A stretch of 59,298 nt of DNA. It comes from a candidate division Zixibacteria bacterium SM1_73. Lineage in GTDB: Bacteria; Zixibacteria; MSB-5A5; SM1-73. Below are positions 17,970 through 25,740 of this stretch, in pieces. Location: NCBI GenBank assembly GCA_001304225.1, contig LJVD01000001.1, positions 1-59,298 of the forward strand, written 5' to 3'. Made by a program: the position numbers and the translations under genes. Under the pieces are notes generated by a model. It saw only the letters and a list, made by a program, of their open reading frames with translations, did no database searches and was not told the origin of the DNA. The first letter of the stretch is position 1. Each line of letters begins with the position of its first letter.

Positions 17970-18020
17970 TTTCCTCCTTAAAACTAAAATTCCTAAAACA
18001 ATGAATGGATTATTGACTCC

Positions 18021-18272
18021 TCAACCCATCCCCCCGCTGCTTATTTCCTCTAATATCTGGTACTTTCTGGCTGTGGTTTTGGACGGTGCAGGAGTCTTCA
18101 GGTTTTTGGAGACGGGCGGAAAATGATAGTGATGAAAGATAATATGGTAGACAAATTCAACTGCAGCAACCCCTCCAGCAATAAAAGCAATGACGGTTTC
18201 GATAATCCTCCTCCTCCTTAATCTGCCCATAAAAGAACCATTGATTATGCCATTCCATGCTGTCTGAGGCAT
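18021..18272 (-). pseudogene. Remnant of the 5' end of a Ser/Thr-kinase gene, cut just after the G-loop
   Basis: The ORF ends ...ARKYQILEEISSGGMG* . This is the start of a kinase catalytic domain (compare YEIIEELGRGGMG in the kinase at 1-739), terminated right after GGMG. It overlaps the AbiEii 3' end by 28 nt. Confidence 0.4.
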
Positions 18273-19054
18273 TTATTTATCTTTCTTGTGACTGCATCTA
18301 AATGCGGCAATTCATCTACCTGCTGAGCTAGCCTAATCTCCCATAGCTTTGCTATCGTTGCCTCTTTTCGCTTCAATATGTGAGACAGTCTTCTCGGATC
18401 TATCTTTTTACTCTCGGCTTTAGCCCTGAAACCTTCAGCAACTTCGTTATGGTCAAGACTTTCGAGATTAAACAAGTGATGCACATCGTAAAGGTCGCGT
18501 GGCTCTGTCCGGCTAATTAGGGCACAAAGCTTCTCAATCAATACTTCTTCCAGAGAATAGGTTTTTAACTTCCTCTTAAGGTTCTTGCAATCGCTGTACG
18601 GAGCCTTAATCATTCTTTCTTCGATGGGAAATACGAGTTTTTCAATCAAAGTGAAATCGACTTTGATGCTACGACCTCCCAGTGTGGCCTGAAGGGGACC
18701 TACGAATTCAACGAAGAATATAAGGCTATTAATATGTTTCTCGATCCGCTCCTCTCTCAAATTAAAAAGAAATGCCTGAGATTTCTCCAGCTTTCTCAGC
18801 ACAGCTTTGAATTCTTCAATCAGAGCTTTCTCTTCCATATATTCTAGCAATGTGAAGTCTATGTCTTCAGAATACCGATAATTAGGGAAGTAAACTTTCT
18901 TTAGAGCAGTCCCTCCTTTGAAGGCAAGAGACTTTTTAAGACTGGAGTTGGCAAGACCAAGGATTATCCAGCTGATGACGTAATCCTTTTCAATCACTCT
19001 ATCCAGCTTGTGCTGTCGAAAAGCTATTTGTGATACTTCTCTTTGAGAGATCAT
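18245..19054 (-). CDS. abiEii: AbiEii/AbiGii-family nucleotidyltransferase toxin (type IV TA / abortive infection)
   Basis: VIEKDYVISWIILGL...LAFKGGTALKKVYFPNYRYSEDIDFTL is the DUF1814/AbiEii signature. 269 aa, 8 nt downstream of the AbiEi gene. Confidence 0.85.
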   Translation of the reverse strand: MISQREVSQIAFRQHKLDRVIEKDYVISWIILGLANSSLKKSLAFKGGTALKKVYFPNYRYSEDIDFTLLEYMEEKALIEEFKAVLRKLEKSQAFLFNLREERIEKHINSLIFFVEFVGPLQATLGGRSIKVDFTLIEKLVFPIEERMIKAPYSDCKNLKRKLKTYSLEEVLIEKLCALISRTEPRDLYDVHHLFNLESLDHNEVAEGFRAKAESKKIDPRRLSHILKRKEATIAKLWEIRLAQQVDELPHLDAVTRKINKCLRQHGMA

Positions 19055-19061
19055 GAAATGC

Positions 19062-19883
19062 CTAGGTTCTGATTATCTCTTTTAATTCTATGGGATCAAA
19101 GTTCACTCTAATTCGCCACGAGCTTTGATATTTTCCTATGGCCGGTAATGACGGATCGAGCAGGATAAAGCTCGCTGTTACAAACTTTCTCAGTTTATCA
19201 ATTACTGTCTCGTCTCCTATCCCGTAAAGCTCTAACAGGAAACCCAGCCTCTTGGCCACTGCCTTACTTTGGAACCGCCCTACATACTTCACAAGCTTGG
19301 TGTAGTCAATGTCATTTCGTTTAACCCATATTCCCTTAGCTAATTCGCTTATTCCACCGCATAGCTTGGAGTTGTCGAGACAATCAACAATGGTTCGTTC
19401 TAAATCACTCACCTTAACCTTCTCAGTCCTTTTGACCCAAGTTTCTTCTATCCCCCAAAGCTTTGGGGGTTTTGTATAAATAAAACGGAAACTTGCTCCT
19501 AGGACATTAGCCAAATTCCGTCTCTTGGGTGTAGTGATGTAGATTGTCATCAAAGGTTGGGTAGTCATCTCATGTATGTCTAGAGCGCTGTAATGAGATA
19601 AATAGTAGATATTGGGCTCAATCAGGTGCTTAGCAATCACATACCAGTTTTCAGAGAATTCTGCTTTTTCGCCGGCTGATAAAGGAACGATGAGATACTT
19701 TCCGGGGACAAGTCTTATCAACCATTTCTTTTCTATCAATCTGTTGATTAACCGCCTCGTTGCTGCATCGCTTGTTTTAGTGATCTTTTGAGCATCAGAG
19801 AGGGTAAAGATGACTCTTTCTTGCGAGCTTAGAGTCGTTAGAAGCTTTGAGCTTATCTCTCCTAAAGTTCTCTTAACTATCAT
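19062..19883 (-). CDS. abiEi: AbiEi-family antitoxin / transcriptional regulator
   Basis: N-terminal winged-helix part (FTLSDAQKITKTSDAATRRLINRLIEKKWLIRLVPGKYLIVP) and C-terminal AbiEi_4-like part (YYLSHYSALDIHEMTTQ). Paired with AbiEii. Confidence 0.85.
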   Translation of the reverse strand: MIVKRTLGEISSKLLTTLSSQERVIFTLSDAQKITKTSDAATRRLINRLIEKKWLIRLVPGKYLIVPLSAGEKAEFSENWYVIAKHLIEPNIYYLSHYSALDIHEMTTQPLMTIYITTPKRRNLANVLGASFRFIYTKPPKLWGIEETWVKRTEKVKVSDLERTIVDCLDNSKLCGGISELAKGIWVKRNDIDYTKLVKYVGRFQSKAVAKRLGFLLELYGIGDETVIDKLRKFVTASFILLDPSLPAIGKYQSSWRIRVNFDPIELKEIIRT

Positions 19884-19907
19884 TATTTTTATACTACATG
19901 TAATAAT

Positions 19908-19926
19908 TGTGACTTATCATGTCACA
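19908..19926. promoter_or_regulatory. Palindrome TGTGAC-N7-GTCACA upstream of abiEi (candidate autoregulatory operator)
   Basis: TGTGACTTATCATGTCACA lies 25 nt upstream of the AbiEi start codon, in an AT-rich leader. Confidence 0.25.
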
Positions 19927-19996
19927 TTTTATACATTCTATATAAATTGTCAAGAGGAAAAGTGAATGTCTATTGTTAATCAAAAAATCCACAAAT

Positions 19997-20125
19997 CTAT
20001 TTTGGGCACAGAGCAACCAGCCTTTTTTTTGCACCCTCTAAATTAGCAAGGCCGGGGGTAGTGTGTTTCCAGTGGTTGAGGAATTTCTCGTAGTGCTCTA
20101 TGGCTTCGACATTGCTGCTTTCATC
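19997..20125 (-). pseudogene. Remnant of a TPR-family gene tail
   Basis: Reverse-strand reading gives ...VEAIEHYEKFLNHWKHTTPGLANLEGAKKRLVALCPK*. It is homologous to the tail at 21714-21836 ([28 protein letters not shown]) and has no gene body. Confidence 0.4.
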
Positions 20126-20131
20126 GGCAGG

Positions 20132-21607
20132 CTAAACCATATATTTATTTAACCAAGCAATGAACTTCACCCATTTTTCACGCCAAAACTCTAAGGCTCT
20201 CTCTTTCTCTTCATGATCCATAGCTGAGTAAATGAGCGAATTCATGGCCAGCTTCTTGAGGCATTTCAGGTCCAATCCCCAGGCCATGAATGCAGCATAA
20301 AAATCATGAGAAAGCGTGCTCTTCCAGATGCCTGGGTCATCGGGACAAATAACGACCGGCACTCCGCTGTTGATGTAAAGCACAGCGGGATGATTGCGAA
20401 GGTCGGCAACATAACCGAGAACCTGGTTGGAGATCGGACAAACCTCGATTGCGATCTCCCGGTCTTTCACTATTTGCATGAGAAGAGGATGTTTGAAGAG
20501 TGTGATACCATGGCCGATTCGTTTGGCATCAAGCAAAATGGCGTCAAGGACATTTTCGTTTTCCATCCAGTTGCTTTCACCAGAATGAATGTATAAAGGC
20601 AGTGTGATACTGCGCTGCTCTGCCTTATGGCGTGCTTCAAGGAGATCATTGATAAAGTAGAGATTTGTGTTCATCTTATCCTCTTCATCCATTAGATCAA
20701 AGCCGATAACAAGATCTGGGTCTGCCGCTCGCTCATCTAGAGCCTGATCCAAGCTTTCTGCCATTTTCTCCTGGCTCAAAGAGCGGGAAGCAGAATATAT
20801 GTATTTGACTTTAAATTCCGGATGATCGCGTTGAAACTCTTCTATGATTTTCTGACCTCCCAGCCCACCCCGGGTTTCGATATATTGGATGTTTTCCTCG
20901 ACCAAGTCCCTAAGCATTTTTCTGCAGAAACCAGACCAGATCTCTTTATCACTGAACATACCAAAAGATCTGGCGAAACATTTTCGGAATTCAGTCCAAA
21001 TGTCTGGCAGATCTAGATCTTCCTCACCTAAGGTAACTGACTGATAGAGCCTATCATCAAATTTTTGTGTGTCATCCGCAGCTTTACGAAGATCACTGAT
21101 AAGAAACCACTCCCCTCCAGGAGGCTCTTCACAAATCCTCAAGGTTCCTCTGCGAGGGGGCTCTTCCTCTCCTTGATAAATATAACAATTCGGAAGATAT
21201 GTCGCCTGCTCAATCAGCCAGTAACGGTCTCCCATGGCCACAGAACCATGGGCATGAAGAATTCCCCCTTTTGGCATGCGCTTCATGATTTCCAGAATTG
21301 GAGACTGATTAATCAGTTGTCTTGTCTTGGATTTCAGAAAACTATGGGCCGGGGGAAAATATTCACGAGTTCGCTCTATTTCTTCCTGCTTTAGTGCCAT
21401 CAACCGTCGGTTAGCCTCTTCTTCTTCTTCAGGAGTGAGCGTTATTCCAGCGTCAATCCGCATGGCCAGCTCAGCCTGAATCAGTCGATTTCTTGCTTTC
21501 ATATAGTCATCGACATCTTCATAACGCTTCTGAACAAAACTTTTTTCCTGTTGTGAGCATCCGAAAAATAGAAGGGTACATATGAAAAATGTGAAAGGGC
21601 GTTTCAT
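20132..21607 (-). CDS. ADA2/CECR1 (ADGF)-like adenosine deaminase, lipoprotein signal
   Basis: 491 aa. Signal plus lipobox FFICTLLFFGCSQ. Adenosine-deaminase metal/catalytic motifs GGILHAHGS, IHSGESN, RIGHGITL, CPISNQVLGYV and CPDDPGIW. The long N-terminal extension is typical of the ADGF subfamily. Confidence 0.8.
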   Translation of the reverse strand: MKRPFTFFICTLLFFGCSQQEKSFVQKRYEDVDDYMKARNRLIQAELAMRIDAGITLTPEEEEEANRRLMALKQEEIERTREYFPPAHSFLKSKTRQLINQSPILEIMKRMPKGGILHAHGSVAMGDRYWLIEQATYLPNCYIYQGEEEPPRRGTLRICEEPPGGEWFLISDLRKAADDTQKFDDRLYQSVTLGEEDLDLPDIWTEFRKCFARSFGMFSDKEIWSGFCRKMLRDLVEENIQYIETRGGLGGQKIIEEFQRDHPEFKVKYIYSASRSLSQEKMAESLDQALDERAADPDLVIGFDLMDEEDKMNTNLYFINDLLEARHKAEQRSITLPLYIHSGESNWMENENVLDAILLDAKRIGHGITLFKHPLLMQIVKDREIAIEVCPISNQVLGYVADLRNHPAVLYINSGVPVVICPDDPGIWKSTLSHDFYAAFMAWGLDLKCLKKLAMNSLIYSAMDHEEKERALEFWREKWVKFIAWLNKYMV

Positions 21608-21713
21608 GATTTAGCCTCCATTCTTTTCATCATTTATCCATGATAATTATTTTGGTAACTTACGATGGAAAGATACTTATCCTCAGCCCTAAAATGATTT
21701 TAAAACTTAAAAA

Positions 21714-21836
21714 TCAGATCTGACTCTTCAACCCAGCCAGCTTCTTCCTGGCATCCTCTACCTCAGGGATCCCAGGGTCAGCGTCTTTCCAGAGGTCGAG
21801 GAATTTCTGGAATGCTCTTTGGCAAGCCCCTTCAAG
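21714..21836 (-). pseudogene. Remnant of a TPR-family gene tail
   Basis: Reverse strand: (TAG) [40 protein letters not shown]. About 40 codons with an in-frame stop immediately upstream. Confidence 0.45.
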
Positions 21837-21886
21837 CTAATTTCCGTTCCACAAAAGCAATAAGAACTGCTCAAGAATACAAAACG

Positions 21887-22366
21887 CTATTTAAAACCAA
21901 GGGCAACTATTACGCCTTTTTCACTATTGGCTACAACCTCAGTGAGAATCCGATAACGAGGACCTCCAAAAACTCCGAAGATTGAGCCCACACGGCGCGC
22001 AATAACTGTTCTATTATTCTCGATTTTAATTCCACTTATATTATCATGAATATCGGGTAGCTGTATCCGTACTTTTTTTGCGGTAAGCTCTAAAACTTTT
22101 GCTTTATTCCAAATTATTTCAAATTCAGATTCGAGTCTGCTCTTGTATGGAATGATAATTTCTTTATGTTCAATCGCGAAGAGACAATAACCAAGCGGAT
22201 ATTTCTGCATTAATCTTGAATAGTGTATTGAGTCAATTTGCTCTAGTTGTTCAAGTAATATCTGCTTCGTTTCTTCACTTGTCTTTTGGATGGATTCAAT
22301 TTGTTTATTTCCCATTGCCACTTTGTTCTGCACTATTATATTACCCCAATATAACCAAGCCAGCAC
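21887..22366 (-). CDS. Hypothetical protein (159 aa), N-terminus uncertain
   Basis: The ORF track start is GTG in the middle of a hydrophobic helix. The frame stays open upstream (..FRIFSLILLILVLAWLYW) without a canonical start. No motif recognised. Confidence 0.4.
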   Translation of the reverse strand: MLAWLYWGNIIVQNKVAMGNKQIESIQKTSEETKQILLEQLEQIDSIHYSRLMQKYPLGYCLFAIEHKEIIIPYKSRLESEFEIIWNKAKVLELTAKKVRIQLPDIHDNISGIKIENNRTVIARRVGSIFGVFGGPRYRILTEVVANSEKGVIVALGFK

Positions 22367-22902
22367 TAAGATCAGAAGAATAAGAGAGAATATCCTGAAA
22401 GTTATTGGACCAGTGAAAATTGCTCTAAATAAATCACCAATAATTTTTTTGTCCTAAAAATTTCTATAATGCATGCTGCATTATGATAAAAATACAGCTT
22501 AATTAGCGGTAAAATCTGGGATTTAGTTATCCCTCCCTTTCTTAATGTTATCGTAAAAAATCCAGATGGGTATTTTTTTGAAACAAAGGCCTGCTTTTCT
22601 GAATTCATCTTGTCCCCAGGCAGTGGTTCACTAATTTATATCAAAGCCGAATTGCCATGTCAAACCAAGGGCTACGGCAGGCTACTTATACAGATTTTAT
22701 GGTAGATACATACAGTGATGAGGATGCAATGCATTCCAAGCGAAGGGCCATTGTTCCCATACCACAGTTTGCGTGGCAAAGGAAGCCCATTTGCCACAGA
22801 TTTGTCACTCTTTTGCCATTTTGGAGTTAAAATAGCCCAAAATAGCGTAGGCTCGTTGAAAATCAATCCTGATGAAAACTGTTGAAAAATAAGGGGTAAG
22901 CC

Positions 22903-22980
22903 TGGCGCGCCTGGAGAGACTCGAACTCCCGACCCGCTGCTTAGAAGGCAGCTGCTCTATCCTAACTGAGCTACAGGCGC
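22903..22980 (-). tRNA. tRNA-Arg (anticodon TCT), CCA encoded
   Basis: The reverse complement GCGCCTGTAGCTCAGTTAGGATAGAGCAGCTGCCTTCTAAGCAGCGGGTCGGGAGTTCGAGTCTCTCCAGGCGCGCCA folds as a cloverleaf: 7-bp acceptor, GCTC/GAGC D-stem, GCTGC/GCAGC anticodon stem with loop CTTCTAA, and TTCGAGT T-loop. Confidence 0.85.
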
Positions 22981-23034
22981 GTTCTCAGTGTCGAGTTTTC
23001 TTGACGAGCTCGGAGGCTCGGCTCGAAAGCCAAA

Positions 23035-23109
23035 TCGGGGAGATCGGATTTGAACCGACGACCTCCTGCTCCCAAGGCAGGCGCGCTATCCAGGCTGCGC
23101 CACTCCCCG
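23035..23109 (-). tRNA. tRNA-Pro (anticodon TGG)
   Basis: The reverse complement CGGGGAGTGGCGCAGCCTGGATAGCGCGCCTGCCTTGGGAGCAGGAGGTCGTCGGTTCAAATCCGATCTCCCCGA has acceptor CGGGGAG/CTCCCCG, anticodon stem CCTGC/GCAGG with loop CTTGGGA, and T-loop TTCAAAT. No CCA is encoded. Confidence 0.85.
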
Positions 23110-23211
23110 TGAATTCCTGCTCGGAAAAATGGGTTCCAGGTCAGCTGTTATGAACGTTTTCCCTGGTTAAGGGCTCGATAATCTTAACAAAACCTCGGGG
23201 AGTTGTCAATT

Positions 23212-24909
23212 TCAGCTCCGCTTCAACCCCTTCTCAATCTCCCTCTTTTCTATCTTGACGACGATCGGCCTTCCATGCGGACAGAGCGATGGATTTGAGG
23301 TCTGCAAGAGCTGCTCAACCAGGAAATTCATCTTATCCAGAGGAAGGATTTCCCCCGCTTTGACAGCGGTTTTGCAGGCCAGGGTTGCCAGAATCTTCTC
23401 AGCTCGATCTTCGACTTTTTCCTCCTTCATTTCTTCTAGGAGGGACAGGAAGGTCTCCTTGGCATCCTCCTCTTTAAAAATATCCGGGAATTCTTTCAAG
23501 GCAAAGCTCTGGCCGCCCATCTCTTCCACCCTGAAACCGGTCTCCTCCAGTAGTTCTTGATTCTCCTCGAGGCTCACGATCTGGGAAGGCGCAAGTTCCA
23601 TGAGCAGGGGAAAGAGGGCTAATCTTTTCGGCCACTCTTTCCTCCTGTTTATGTCTTTGTATTTTTCGAACAGAATCCTTTCGTGGGCATTGTGCTGGTC
23701 GATGATCAGGATTCCCTCCTCGGTTATGACGATAATGTACAGGTTCAGGTACTGCCCCAGGACTCGAGGATACGTTATTTCATCCACTGAAGGAGTCGGG
23801 AATAAGCCTTCTATTATCTCCCTTCCCCTTTCCATCTTTTTCATCGGAGGAGAAGGCCTTTTTTCTTGTACTTTGAAGACTGGCTCCTCCGTTTGCGTCG
23901 GGTATATCTCTTTGATGCCCTGGTGCTGGAGCATGGCCCGTCTGATGCCGTTTATCACCAGGTGAAAAGCGGCCTGAGATTCTTTGAACCTCACCTCCGC
24001 TTTGGTGGGATGGACGTTAACATCCACCTGATTATAAGGACAACCGATAAACAAGAAAGCCTCAGCGAAACGGTCCTTCTCTAAAAATCCCCTGTAGGCC
24101 TGGTTTAAGGCTGCTTGGAGAAGCCTGTCCTTGACCGGCCGGCTGTTGACATAGAAGAGCTGTTGAGCCCGGTCCGGGCGGCCTGATGGAGGCAAGGAGG
24201 CAAACCCAGAGAGCCGAAAATCTCCCTCATTATAGTTAACCTCCATCAGTCTTTCGAGGATGGCACTCCCATAAACCTGGAAAATCCTCTCCTTGAGGCT
24301 CTTGACCGCAGGATAATTAAGAATCTCTCGCTTCCCATGAGCCAGAGAAAATCTAACCCGAGGATAAGCCAGGCAGACCGACGTTATGTACTTCACGATA
24401 GAGGAAAGCTCTGATCTTTCCGACCGCAGGAACTTCCGGCGCGGAGGCAGGTTAAAGAACAGGTCTTTGATCTCGACCATGGTCCCCTTAGGAAAGCCAA
24501 CATCTTGGATCTTGAGGATTTTATCCCCTTCCCTCTCGACAAACGTCCCCCTCTCCTCTTTCCCTTCGCTTGTCTTCAAAATCAGCCGGGAAACGGCAGC
24601 TATGCTGGGAAGGGCCTCCCCTCTAAACCCCAGAGTGGCGATCTCACCCAGGTCTTCCTCGCTCGCAATTTTACTCGTCGAGTGCCTTTCAAAACATAGG
24701 TTTACGTCTTCGCGGCTCATGCCTGAGCCATTATCGGTCACCCTGATGAGCTTTTTCCCTCCTTCCACAAGGTCCACTTTCACCTCCGAGGCCTCCGCAT
24801 CCAGGGAGTTTTCGGTCAATTCTTTGACGACAGAGAAGGGCCGTTCGATCACCTCACCGGCGGCAATCTTTTGAGAGATCTCTGGGGGAAGAATGATGAC
24901 TCGGCTCAT
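23212..24909 (-). CDS. mutL: DNA mismatch repair protein MutL
   Basis: N-terminal GHKL ATPase motifs (IAAGEVIERPFSVVKELTENSLDA, VTDNGSGM, GFRGEAL) and a C-terminal dimerisation domain ending CPHGRP. Confidence 0.95.
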   Translation of the reverse strand: MSRVIILPPEISQKIAAGEVIERPFSVVKELTENSLDAEASEVKVDLVEGGKKLIRVTDNGSGMSREDVNLCFERHSTSKIASEEDLGEIATLGFRGEALPSIAAVSRLILKTSEGKEERGTFVEREGDKILKIQDVGFPKGTMVEIKDLFFNLPPRRKFLRSERSELSSIVKYITSVCLAYPRVRFSLAHGKREILNYPAVKSLKERIFQVYGSAILERLMEVNYNEGDFRLSGFASLPPSGRPDRAQQLFYVNSRPVKDRLLQAALNQAYRGFLEKDRFAEAFLFIGCPYNQVDVNVHPTKAEVRFKESQAAFHLVINGIRRAMLQHQGIKEIYPTQTEEPVFKVQEKRPSPPMKKMERGREIIEGLFPTPSVDEITYPRVLGQYLNLYIIVITEEGILIIDQHNAHERILFEKYKDINRRKEWPKRLALFPLLMELAPSQIVSLEENQELLEETGFRVEEMGGQSFALKEFPDIFKEEDAKETFLSLLEEMKEEKVEDRAEKILATLACKTAVKAGEILPLDKMNFLVEQLLQTSNPSLCPHGRPIVVKIEKREIEKGLKRS

Positions 24910-24941
24910 CGCGCTCTATTTTAACCTCTTGGTGGGGGAAA

Positions 24942-25526
24942 TTAAAGCGATTTGACGGATACAAAAGGGCTGTTTTTGAGAGAGGCCCGCCACAGCCTCT
25001 CTTTTCCTTCCCGTATTCCGATCCGTGGACTCCAGGAAAGCTCCATCCCCTTTTTCTCTCCCTTCTTCAATAACAGTGGGGACCGGGAAGAATACAAGGA
25101 CACGCCGTTCAGAGACAGATCGATGGCAAAAGCTTGGCACAGCTTAGCTGGCCCAGAACATAAGTTCTGAAGGTTTTGGGTTCTCCTCCTGTCTTTCATC
25201 AACAAGATCCCACTGAGGGGTTCAGCCGCCCTGATCAGAACCGCTGCCGGAAAACCCTTTTCTTCGGTGACAATGTTGAGCAGGAAGTGGATGCCGTAGC
25301 ACACGTAGACAAAGGCTTTTCCTGGTTCACCGTAGAGCATCTCGCTTTTTTTTGTTCGTCCCCGAAAAGCAAACGAGGCTGGATCATTCTCTCCCCGGTA
25401 GGCCTCAGCCTCTACGATAACACCCGAAGTCGTCCCCTGTTCTGACCGGTGAACCAAGACCATCCCGATGAGGTCTGACAAGACCTCAAGCGTAGGACGA
25501 GAATAAAAGGAAAGGGGAAGCACCAT
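24942..25526 (-). CDS. mpg: DNA-3-methyladenine glycosylase (Mpg/AAG family)
   Basis: FYSRPTLEVLSDLIGMVLVHR...GVIVEAEAYRGENDPASFAFRGRTKKSEMLYGEPGKAFVYVCYGIHFLLNIV...AAVLIRAAEP matches the Mpg family throughout. Confidence 0.9.
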   Translation of the reverse strand: MVLPLSFYSRPTLEVLSDLIGMVLVHRSEQGTTSGVIVEAEAYRGENDPASFAFRGRTKKSEMLYGEPGKAFVYVCYGIHFLLNIVTEEKGFPAAVLIRAAEPLSGILLMKDRRRTQNLQNLCSGPAKLCQAFAIDLSLNGVSLYSSRSPLLLKKGEKKGMELSWSPRIGIREGKERLWRASLKNSPFVSVKSL

Positions 25527-25539
25527 TTCACTGGCTAAT

Positions 25540-25733
25540 TTTAATGCAATAATTCGTGTGATTTCATCTCTTGGGCAGCATGGATGCCGCCCTCGAGCCC
25601 CCGTAGCGGAGGGGGGCCCCCGTCGGCTTATCCGACGGGGGGAACCGACGGGACTGGTTCCCAGGGGGTCCGGGGGCTGAGGGCGGCTCCAGGCCGCACA
25701 GAGTTTGTAGCCTTATTTACTGCGTTTACATTA
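25540..25733 (+). repeat. MITE-like structured repeat, copy A (AT-rich arms + GC-rich multi-hairpin core)
   Basis: The core 25586-25697 (GCCGCCCTCGAGCCCCCGTAGCGGAGGGGGGCCCCCGTCGGCTTATCCGACGGGGGGAACCGACGGGACTGGTTCCCAGGGGGTCCGGGGGCTGAGGGCGGC...) is near-identical to the reverse complement of 34696-34810. It contains hairpins CCCCGTCGG/CCGACGGGG and GGGAACC/GGTTCCC inside a closing stem GCCGCCCTC/GAGGGCGGC. The right arm is ~92% identical to 51835-51887 (reverse complement). Confidence 0.8.
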
Positions 25734-25740
25734 TTTAAAT

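Noticed and set aside
20132-21607. Adenosine deaminase as part of a RADAR-like anti-phage system
   Set aside because: RADAR deaminases are large cytoplasmic proteins paired with an ATPase (RdrA). This protein has a lipoprotein signal and ADGF/ADA2-type architecture, and no adjacent ATPase.
22402-22866. Small ORFs 22402-22608 and 22672-22866 next to tRNA-Arg
   Set aside because: They have no RBS, no recognisable motifs and odd composition. They probably represent non-coding island/tRNA flank. A short palindrome (ATAATGCA-tgc-TGCATTAT near 22468-22486) was noted but has no supporting context.
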